A stretch of 64,000 nucleotides of DNA from Candidatus Acidiferrales bacterium. Its GTDB lineage: Bacteria > Acidobacteriota > Terriglobia > Bryobacterales > Bryobacteraceae. Shown one piece after another: positions 1 to 7,222 of this stretch (the first letter of the stretch is position 1; every line of letters starts with the position of its first letter). The notes beneath the pieces are model-generated. The model saw only the letters and a program-made list of their open reading frames with translations, did not search any database and was not told the DNA's origin. The translations under genes and the position numbers were made by a program. The DNA lies in assembly GCA_035499435.1 (NCBI GenBank), contig DATJYW010000041.1, positions 4,175 to 68,174 on the forward strand. The letters are read 5' to 3'.

Positions 1-524
1 CGCCACAACCCGGCTGCGCAGACCGCCACGAGACATCCCTCCACCAGCACCTTCTCGCCATCCAGCAAATCGGGAGGCCGGTTCTTCAGATCGGGGTCGA
101 TCAGCAGCCCGTGAAGAAACAGAACCGCAGCCGCGAAGTAAGCCGCGTAATGGATCTTTTTCCACGGCCGGCTGCCCAGCTTCGGCCGGAAATAGGACGT
201 GACCACCACAACCATCACCGTGTACAGCGCGATCGCCCCCAGCGTATTGTACGCGTTCTGCCCGGGAGAGTTCACCGGGTAGAGCAGGTCCGCGGCATGA
301 AAGCGCGGCTTGTCGGCGAAGAGCAGCAGGGTCGGATGCACCAGCACGAATGCCAGCGCAGTGTAGGCCGTCCAGTTATGGATGCGGAAGATCGGGATCT
401 TGCGCCGCGGCCATCGCCGCGCGGGGCTATAGTTCCGCGATACCAGAATTCCGAGCACCACATTGAGAGCCAGCAGGACCATCGCCGTCAAACCGGCAAA
501 GCTGGAGAGATCGATTGCGTTCAT
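1..524 (-). CDS. Ferric-reductase-like (MsrQ/YedZ-type) di-heme transmembrane protein; 3' end cut by window edge
   Basis: Absent from the ORF track because there is no stop in the window. My reverse-strand translation from ATG at 524..522 reads MNAIDLSSFAGLTAMVLLALNVVLGILVSRNY...FRIHNWTAYTALAFVLVHPT...KKIHYAAYFAAAVLFLHGLL and stays open to base 1. The helices are hydrophobic and carry H-x13-H and H-x12-H spacings, as in the ferric reductase TM domain. Confidence 0.6.
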   Translation of the reverse strand, partial: MNAIDLSSFAGLTAMVLLALNVVLGILVSRNYSPARRWPRRKIPIFRIHNWTAYTALAFVLVHPTLLLFADKPRFHAADLLYPVNSPGQNAYNTLGAIALYTVMVVVVTSYFRPKLGSRPWKKIHYAAYFAAAVLFLHGLLIDPDLKNRPPDLLDGEKVLVEGCLVAVCAAGLW

Positions 525-571
525 TCGGTAGAAACCCAGAGGGGATAGACAGATGGTAGCGAAAAACCGGG

Positions 572-916
572 CTACCTTCCGAGAACCACGTCGATTCCCG
601 CGAACACCAGGTTGAGTTTCGATCGTGTTAGCTTTCCGCTGCACTCCGTAAGAAGCTCCCGGTCTACCGTCAGGAGTTGCGAGACATTAGCTACGGAATC
701 GTGGCTCAGCCCGGTCGCCTCCCGTGACAGCGCCACATTCCCGGGCGTATCGGCCCATCGAAGATTCGACGTGAGTGGGACGCATACCACCGTCCCGATG
801 CGGCTGCGATTGTAGATCTCTCCCTGCACGACTACGACTGGCCTTCGGTATCCCGGGGCAGAACCGACCGGCGCGGGCAGGTCGGCCCACCAGATCTCGC
901 CTTGCGAGATCACCAT
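572..916 (-). CDS. mazF: MazF/PemK-family type II toxin (endoribonuclease)
   Basis: 114 aa. N-terminus GEIWWADLPAPVGSAPGYRRPVVVVQ and overall length are typical of PemK/MazF. It overlaps the upstream antitoxin gene by 7 nt. Confidence 0.85.
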   Translation of the reverse strand: MVISQGEIWWADLPAPVGSAPGYRRPVVVVQGEIYNRSRIGTVVCVPLTSNLRWADTPGNVALSREATGLSHDSVANVSQLLTVDRELLTECSGKLTRSKLNLVFAGIDVVLGR

Positions 917-1146
917 TCCGTCCGCTCGAGAATCCGGCGCGCAGCGGCACCTACGAAGGGATCCCTCGCCTGGGGGAGCGCGTCCACGACCCGGTTGATT
1001 GCTGCTGTCACCTCTTCGGCATCGTGCCGGGCCACATATTCCCGGACGGCCTCGGTATACAGCTGGCTCCGTGATTTTTTCTTTCGTTTGGCAAGCCGCT
1101 CGGCGCCTGCGAAAACATCGTCCGGGATTGAGATCGCGGTCTTCAT
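910..1146 (-). CDS. Ribbon-helix-helix (CopG/MazE-like) antitoxin
   Basis: This is only the last 78 codons of track ORF 910..2184, from ATG at 1146: MKTAISIPDDVFAGAERLAKRKKKSRSQLYTEAVREYV. That is an RHH-type beta-strand plus helices. It lies directly upstream of and overlaps mazF. A possible promoter TTCGAT-18-TATACT lies at 1153..1182 on the minus strand. Confidence 0.75.
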   Translation of the reverse strand: MKTAISIPDDVFAGAERLAKRKKKSRSQLYTEAVREYVARHDAEEVTAAINRVVDALPQARDPFVGAAARRILERTEW

Positions 1147-1169
1147 ACCTTTAGTATAACCGCCGACCC

Positions 1170-3008
1170 TCACTTTATCGAAATATCCACCTGGTCGTGA
1201 TAAGCGTTCCCCGTTCCGATCGCCAGCGGCAGCCGTCCCGGCCCTGGCAGCAGCGAGGGCAGCGTCACGTTGATCTGGTACAGCCCCGGGAATCCCGGCG
1301 CCAGCCCGCTGAACATGACGTTCCCCGTCTTGCCGCCGACATAAACGGCCACCGGTGAAACCGTGTTGTACAGCGTCCCCGCATTTCCCGCCGTCCCGTC
1401 GGCGACACTCGGGTTCGTCGTCCCCATGCCGGTCAGGTAGATCAGCACCGTCTCCCCCGGCAACGCCGGGCTTGCGTCGTTCACCAGCGAATAATCCGCG
1501 TGCAGAATGGCCCCGCTCCCGTACCCAGATTGATCCAGCGAGTACACGCCCGGCGACGTCGCGGCCACCGGCACCGTCACCGTGTTCGAATTGGCGCTGT
1601 TGTTCTGTACCACGATCGTCGCGGTCGGTCCCGTGGTGGCAAATGGCACCAGCGCGTTGATCTGTCCGGGACTGACGAAATACAGGGGCGCGTTCTTCCC
1701 GTTGATGAGCACGCTCACCCCGCCCAACGAGGTGGGATACGGTGGTTTCGCTGTCTGATTGGCCGCCGCCAACCCCGTGCCGAAGAGCGCCACGAACTGT
1801 CCCGGAGCAATTGGATTGCCGGGCGGAGCGAAACTGGCCGCGTTGATTACCCCCAGCGGGTTCAGATATACCCCCGATCCGGTGAAAGCCGGCATGGGTG
1901 CTCCGAAGTAGATCTCGTACCCGCCCGGATCGATCGGGCTGATCGCGGCGCCCACCAGCGTGCTGCCGGCCCCCAATCCGATCACGCTCAGGTCCGATGT
2001 TCCCGTTCCATCCGCATTCAGGTTGTAGTTGTTGATGCCCGTGAAGTCCGTGTCGCCCACACCCGCCGATTGCACCAGCGCCTTGAACCGCTTCGTCCAG
2101 GTGATCTTCCCCTGGCCCCGCGATGCCACCGCGCCCGCGTACCCGCTCACCGAAGAAGTGTCCACCCGCAGCCCCGCACCCCAAAAAGTGCTGTTCCAGG
2201 AAGCGTTGCTCACTCCGGTTGGCGCCTTCACGCCGATCACGATGTCGTGCCCGCCCGCCGTCGTGGAACCACCCAGGATCACGTTGCCCGTCGCCGAAAG
2301 ATACAGCGTCTTCGTGCCGCTCAACAGGCTCCCGGTATTGGCTGTACCCACCGTAAAACTGCCCGTCCCGTCGATGCCCATCGTGAAGGTAGCGCCCGTC
2401 ACCTGCTGGGTTTGGGGAATCCCCTGCGCGAGATTCGCGGCGTGCCCGCTCACGGTGAACGGCCTGAGGTTCCCCAGCGGAAGGGTGTTCAGCGTAAACT
2501 GGGTGGCCCGCATATTCGCCGTCGTACCACCCGGAAATTCCAACGCCATCGTCGAATACGGTCCGCCCAGCACCGCCCCGCCTGCCGGCGCCGGAATCGC
2601 GACAAACAGATCGAAGGTGTTATCGGATGATTCCGTGCTCGATCCCAGCACCGCCTCCATGCTGTAACGCGCATTCAACCTGGCGCCGGTCCTCAGCGGG
2701 CTGTCCATGGTGACGAAGCCGCCCGAGTCCACCGAATAGCTCCCCGATCCCTGCTGCGAAACTGCCGTCGAATTTCCCGTCAGTTGCTGCCCGGTAAAGC
2801 TGAAATGTCCGTTGCTATCGAAGGTAATTGTTCCGGTCAGGCTGCGGACGTCGCTCAGGTTCGTCACACTCGATCCATCCGTGCCCAGGGATATATGCCG
2901 GAAATAATACTTTCCGTTTAGCGATTGATTACTCAGGGCTTGCGCATCCGCGGACCCACCGGAACTCACTGCCAACAATGCCCACATCCACCCCGTTCGT
3001 CGGCTCAT
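1170..3008 (-). CDS. Secreted protein with C-terminal TIGR03437-type (Solibacter C-terminal, IPT/TIG-like) domain
   Basis: Signal peptide MSRRTGWMWALLAVSSGGSADAQA. The C-terminus GVINAASFAPPGNPIAPGQFVALFGTGL...LGGVSVLINGKNAPLYFVSPGQINALVP...PGLYQINVTLP matches the repeated Solibacter C-terminal domain pattern. Confidence 0.75.
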   Translation of the reverse strand: MSRRTGWMWALLAVSSGGSADAQALSNQSLNGKYYFRHISLGTDGSSVTNLSDVRSLTGTITFDSNGHFSFTGQQLTGNSTAVSQQGSGSYSVDSGGFVTMDSPLRTGARLNARYSMEAVLGSSTESSDNTFDLFVAIPAPAGGAVLGGPYSTMALEFPGGTTANMRATQFTLNTLPLGNLRPFTVSGHAANLAQGIPQTQQVTGATFTMGIDGTGSFTVGTANTGSLLSGTKTLYLSATGNVILGGSTTAGGHDIVIGVKAPTGVSNASWNSTFWGAGLRVDTSSVSGYAGAVASRGQGKITWTKRFKALVQSAGVGDTDFTGINNYNLNADGTGTSDLSVIGLGAGSTLVGAAISPIDPGGYEIYFGAPMPAFTGSGVYLNPLGVINAASFAPPGNPIAPGQFVALFGTGLAAANQTAKPPYPTSLGGVSVLINGKNAPLYFVSPGQINALVPFATTGPTATIVVQNNSANSNTVTVPVAATSPGVYSLDQSGYGSGAILHADYSLVNDASPALPGETVLIYLTGMGTTNPSVADGTAGNAGTLYNTVSPVAVYVGGKTGNVMFSGLAPGFPGLYQINVTLPSLLPGPGRLPLAIGTGNAYHDQVDISIK

Positions 3009-3161
3009 ATGACGAAATCATAAACCCACGCCAGCCGGAATTCTCCCGTTCGTGGACAAATGGTACCCAAATTACAAAAGTTGAGGAACTATCGCACAAG
3101 ACCAGGGTTTAGAATGACGTTATCCGCGCAAGGGGGAAACGCGCGTTTCGGAGTTGATTCC

Positions 3162-5135
3162 ATGTCTGAGCCTCGGCGACACCTGTTTTTTGGCGGACTC
3201 GTCTTCCTCGGCTTCTCCGCCCTGTGCATCGGGCAGGAGACTGGCTACCAGGACCCGGACTGCCCCTTCTTCGGCCCTCAGCGCGAGCGCTTCTACACCG
3301 ATGCCTATCGTCGTGTCTCCGGCATCGCTCCCGCTCGCCGGCTTGGCGAGACCACCCAGTCCGTCATGCAGTCCCTGGGCTTCGTGCCCGGCGGCAGCCG
3401 TACCTACGACTTCGGCCAGCAGCATTCAGCCGGCTCCATCGATTCGTTCATCTATGCCGATTTCCAGGCCAACGGCATCACCCCCGCGCCTCGCACCACC
3501 GACTGGGAATTCATCCGCCGCGTGACCCTCGATCTTACCGGCCGTATCCCGACTCCCGACCGCGTCCTCTCCTTCGTCGCCGACACCTCTGCCGACAAGC
3601 GCTCCAAGCTGGTCGAGGAACTGCTTGCCAAACCGGAGTTCGTCGACAAATGGACCATGTTCTTCGGTGACCTCTTCCAGAACACTACCGTCAAGAGTTC
3701 CACAGGCACCAACCGGCAGGCCGGCGGTCGCAACGCCTTCTACGCCTGGATCAAGGACGCCGTTGCCAACAACAAGCCCTATAACCAGATGGCCACGGAG
3801 CTGATCTCGGCGTCCGGCGGCGATTCCTTCACTACCCCCACCACCAATTACCTCATCGGCGCCAACGTCACCATGGGTCCAACACAGGACATCATGGACC
3901 AGATGACCGCCAACACCTTCGACACGTTCCTGGGCATGACCCACGTCAACTGCCTGCTCTGCCACAATGGCCGCGGCCACCTCGATGCCATCAATCTGTG
4001 GGCCATGGGCACCACCCGATACCAGGCCTGGCAGCTTTCTTCGTACATGTCGCACACCCAGGCCGCGATCGTTCGCTACGACCCCAATAACAATAACAAC
4101 TACTACTGGTCGCTGCTCAATAACTCCAAAGGCTTCACCGTCGATTACACCCTGAACACCACCACCGGCAACCGGCCCGCGCGCCAGCCCGTGGTCAGCG
4201 GCTGCAAGAGTGGCCAGCCCTGCAACTATGTCCCGCCGCAGTACATCCTGACCGCCGATTCACCCAAGTCCGGCGACGACTATCGCACCTCGCTCGCCAA
4301 GAGCATCACCGGCGACTTCCAGTTCGCCAGGGCGGCCGTAAACTATATGTGGGCCTACTTCTTCGGCCGCGGTATCGTGGACCCGCCCGACACGTTCGAT
4401 CCCCTGCGCTTGGATCCCGATAACCCGCCGCCCGACCCGTGGACCCTCCAGCCGAGCAATGCGCGCCTGCTCAACGCTCTTGCGCAACACTTCATCAACA
4501 GCGGTTACGACCTCAAGGCCCTGATGCGTGAAATCGTGAACAGCGATACTTACCAGCTCTCGGCCACGTACCCCGGCCAGTGGAACGCCGCCTGGGAGCC
4601 CTACTTCGCACGCAAATTCGTGCGCCGCCTTTGGGGCGAAGAGATCCTCGACGCCGTGGCTCAGTCTACCGGCGTCTTCCCGAGTATGGCCGTCACCGGT
4701 ATGACGCAGTCCGATGGCACCACCCCGGTTCGCGTCAACTACGCCATGCAGCTTCCGGACGTCGTGAATACCACCGACGGCACCACCGACACCTTCCTCA
4801 ACAACTTCCTTCGCGGCAACCGCGACGACCAGCCGCGCAAGCCGGATGGAAGCATCCTGCAGGCTCTGGGCCTCCTGAACAGTACCCTCATCGAAACCAG
4901 GCTGGCCGCCACCGGCTCCGCCGCCAGCCCCCTGATCGTTCAGGCAATCGCTCTCGGCAACACCGACCTGGTCAACAAGCTCTACCTGTCCATCCTCTCG
5001 CGCTACCCTTCGAAGGACGAAATGAATACCGCCCTGGCATCGCTTCCCGGCGCCAACGGCACGGCGCGCAACAATGCCATCCAGGACCTGGCGTGGTCGC
5101 TGTTCAACAAAGTTGATTTCATCTTCAACTACTAG
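3162..5135 (+). CDS. DUF1549/DUF1553 domain protein (planctomycete/acidobacterial PSD-type)
   Basis: Start moved to ATG 3162 (MSEPRRHLFFGGLVFLGFSALCIG signal). The DUF1549-like block is FIRRVTLDLTGRIPTPDRVLSFVADTSADKRSKLVEELL. The DUF1553-like block is AAVNYMWAYFFGRGIVDPPDTFD. Confidence 0.8.
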   Translation: MSEPRRHLFFGGLVFLGFSALCIGQETGYQDPDCPFFGPQRERFYTDAYRRVSGIAPARRLGETTQSVMQSLGFVPGGSRTYDFGQQHSAGSIDSFIYADFQANGITPAPRTTDWEFIRRVTLDLTGRIPTPDRVLSFVADTSADKRSKLVEELLAKPEFVDKWTMFFGDLFQNTTVKSSTGTNRQAGGRNAFYAWIKDAVANNKPYNQMATELISASGGDSFTTPTTNYLIGANVTMGPTQDIMDQMTANTFDTFLGMTHVNCLLCHNGRGHLDAINLWAMGTTRYQAWQLSSYMSHTQAAIVRYDPNNNNNYYWSLLNNSKGFTVDYTLNTTTGNRPARQPVVSGCKSGQPCNYVPPQYILTADSPKSGDDYRTSLAKSITGDFQFARAAVNYMWAYFFGRGIVDPPDTFDPLRLDPDNPPPDPWTLQPSNARLLNALAQHFINSGYDLKALMREIVNSDTYQLSATYPGQWNAAWEPYFARKFVRRLWGEEILDAVAQSTGVFPSMAVTGMTQSDGTTPVRVNYAMQLPDVVNTTDGTTDTFLNNFLRGNRDDQPRKPDGSILQALGLLNSTLIETRLAATGSAASPLIVQAIALGNTDLVNKLYLSILSRYPSKDEMNTALASLPGANGTARNNAIQDLAWSLFNKVDFIFNY

Positions 5136-5151
5136 GCAACGGGGAGAAGTC

Positions 5152-6555
5152 ATGAGCAACGAACAGGAAAAAATCAACCGCCACTTCAAGAAGTATCCCT
5201 GGACCTATCCGCCGTTCCACAACCGCCCGCACTGGACGCGCCGCCACTTCTTCGAGATCGCAGGCGCAGGCGTCACCGGCGCGTTCCTCACCCGGCGCTA
5301 CGCCAAAGCCGCCGACCTCTCCACCAGCGGCGTCACCACCAAGAACACCGCGAAAAACGTCATCTTCATCCTGCTCGCCGGCGCGCCCAGCCACACCGAT
5401 ACGTTCGATCTCAAGGTGGTCAACGGAACCACTCCGAACACCTTCAATCCGGCTACCATCAACGGCATGCTGTTCCCCACGGGCCTCATGCCCAAGCTGG
5501 CGACTATGATCGACAGCTTCGCCGTCGCGCGCAGCGTGCAGGCGCACGCCGTGGTTCACTCCGTCTGCCAGACCTGGGTGCAGATCGGCCGCAATCCCCT
5601 GGCCGCTCTCGGCAACATCGCGCCCAACATCGGCAGCATCGTGGCAATCGAGAAGGACAGCCAGCGAAAGCCCTCGGACATCTTCCCTACCTTCCTCGCC
5701 CTGAATTCCGCCGGCGGAGTGAATCAGGGCTATCTCTCGGCCAAGTACGCGCCGTTCAAAGTGACGCCTTCCACGGCTGGAATCGCCAACACCACCAACT
5801 CCGCCAGCGGCGGACAGACGCGCTTCGAGGGCCGGTTCAAGCTGCTCAACTCGCTCGACGGTGGCCTGCGCTCCGGCGCCAACGGAGCCCCCAACGACTA
5901 CTCCAACTACAACGATTTCTACGTGGATGCCAAGGAGCTGATGTACAACCCGACCGTCAACCAGTACTTCGGCTTCACTAGCGCCCAGAGCGCGCGCTAT
6001 GGCTCCACCAGCACCGGCAATGCCATGCTCGTGGCCTCGCAGATCCTCAAGGCCGACCTTGGCACGCGTTACATCCAGATCACCAGCGGCGACGGCTGGG
6101 ACATGCACTCCAACATCTACGCCACTGCCAACCTGCCCACGAAAGCCGCGCTGCTCGACAGCGCGCTCGCCACGCTGATCCTCGATCTCAAAAGCTACGG
6201 CCTCTTCGATCAGACCCTGATCGTCATGTACGGGGAATTCGGCCGCACCGTCGGCCCCCTGACCGCGCAGGCCGGCCGCGATCACTGGCCCCAGCAGTTC
6301 TGCTTCTTCGCCGGCGGCGGTATCAAGGGCGGCACCATCGTCGGCGCCACCGACTCACTGGGTAAGGACACGGTCGATTACGGCTGGTCGCAGAACCGCT
6401 ACATCTACCCCGAAGACATCGAGGCGACCATCTATTCGGCCGCCGGCATCGACTGGACCACCGTCCGCCACGACGACCCGCTCGGCCGCGGCTTCGAATA
6501 CGTCCCCACAACCGGCCCGGTGCAGTATTACCCGGTCCACGAATTGTGGGGTTAA
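5152..6555 (+). CDS. DUF1501 (sulfatase-fold) protein with Tat-like signal
   Basis: ATG 5152 preceded by GGGGAGAAG. Tat-like TRRHFFEIAGAGVTGAFL. DUF1501-type motifs HTDTFD and MYGEFGRT. It is the usual partner gene downstream of DUF1549/1553. Confidence 0.85.
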   Translation: MSNEQEKINRHFKKYPWTYPPFHNRPHWTRRHFFEIAGAGVTGAFLTRRYAKAADLSTSGVTTKNTAKNVIFILLAGAPSHTDTFDLKVVNGTTPNTFNPATINGMLFPTGLMPKLATMIDSFAVARSVQAHAVVHSVCQTWVQIGRNPLAALGNIAPNIGSIVAIEKDSQRKPSDIFPTFLALNSAGGVNQGYLSAKYAPFKVTPSTAGIANTTNSASGGQTRFEGRFKLLNSLDGGLRSGANGAPNDYSNYNDFYVDAKELMYNPTVNQYFGFTSAQSARYGSTSTGNAMLVASQILKADLGTRYIQITSGDGWDMHSNIYATANLPTKAALLDSALATLILDLKSYGLFDQTLIVMYGEFGRTVGPLTAQAGRDHWPQQFCFFAGGGIKGGTIVGATDSLGKDTVDYGWSQNRYIYPEDIEATIYSAAGIDWTTVRHDDPLGRGFEYVPTTGPVQYYPVHELWG

Positions 6556-6568
6556 GAGGACACCTGCT

Positions 6569-7066
6569 TCAAGTCTTTTTTGTGGGCCGCCAGGCATCTT
6601 TTGATGCTGCCCGCAGAATTCTCTTCAAATCCCTGCGATCCTGGGGCCGCCCGCTAGCCTGTTTTGCAAGGATCAGATCGTCTCGCGAGATAATTGGCGC
6701 GGTGACATCTCCGAGATCCACCTGCTCGCGTCCGTTCCATGCATCTGCAAAACGTACGCCCGCGATAGCCATGAGTATATCGACGCGAACCGGCGGCACT
6801 CCGATCTGGTACATCATGGTCTCGTCCTGGAAGGATTCAGCAGTAAGACCACCGAGTGGGGTGCCAAACTTGACGAGCGTCCCAAAGAGTCGTGCCGCGT
6901 TGTCAGCCTCGGGGTCGGCCCACAGGTCCAGGTCCTTGGTGTACCTCGGCTCGGAGTACCGCATTACCGCGTATCCTCCCACCACTAGGTAACGGACGCC
7001 GCCGTCGTTTAACATGCGCAATAGATCGCTGAAGTCGGAGCTGATCTGCATCGATCCCCCGGACAC
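6569..7066 (-). CDS. Small nucleotidyltransferase-fold protein (DUF6036/MNT-like)
   Basis: 165 aa with a GTG start. N-terminus SDFSDLLRMLNDGGVRYLVVGGYAVMRYSEPRYTKDLDLWADPE carries the GG...DxD pattern of minimal nucleotidyltransferases. Confidence 0.6.
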   Translation of the reverse strand: MSGGSMQISSDFSDLLRMLNDGGVRYLVVGGYAVMRYSEPRYTKDLDLWADPEADNAARLFGTLVKFGTPLGGLTAESFQDETMMYQIGVPPVRVDILMAIAGVRFADAWNGREQVDLGDVTAPIISRDDLILAKQASGRPQDRRDLKRILRAASKDAWRPTKKT

Positions 7067-7220
7067 GCGCTGCCAACACTACCAATTCCCACGCTGCCTC
7101 GAAGATGCGTCGCGGGCCCTGCTCTTGCCAGTATGCGACATCAAAGTCGCGGCCGGCTTCATCTCGCTTGACGTAACGCTCCATTGGCCAGATCACGTTC
7201 TCGTCATCTCGCGGCTCCAT
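6903..7220 (-). CDS. Small hypothetical protein overlapping the nucleotidyltransferase gene in another frame
   Basis: Only the last 105 codons of track ORF 6903..7814, from ATG 7220, which lies 3 nt after the stop of the upstream propeller gene. The sequence is MEPRDDENVIWPMERYVKRDEAGRDFDVAYWQEQGPRRIFEAAWELVVLAARVRGIDADQLRLQRSI. The C-terminal roughly 50 codons overlap the downstream gene and may not be real. Confidence 0.3.
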   Translation of the reverse strand: MEPRDDENVIWPMERYVKRDEAGRDFDVAYWQEQGPRRIFEAAWELVVLAARVRGIDADQLRLQRSIAHVKRRRRPLPSGGRIRGNAVLRAEVHQGPGPVGRPRG

Positions 7221-7222
7221 TG

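Noticed and set aside
111-548. 145-aa plus-strand ORF at the start of the window
   Set aside because: It is Arg/His/Gln-rich with no recognisable fold. It lies antisense to a clean ferric-reductase-like membrane protein frame that stays open to the window edge.
1147-2184. Upstream 346 codons of the 424-aa minus-strand ORF 910..2184
   Set aside because: It is Gly/Arg/Ala-rich shadow sequence, out of frame within the TIGR03437-domain gene (1170..3008). Only the last 78 codons (RHH antitoxin) look real.
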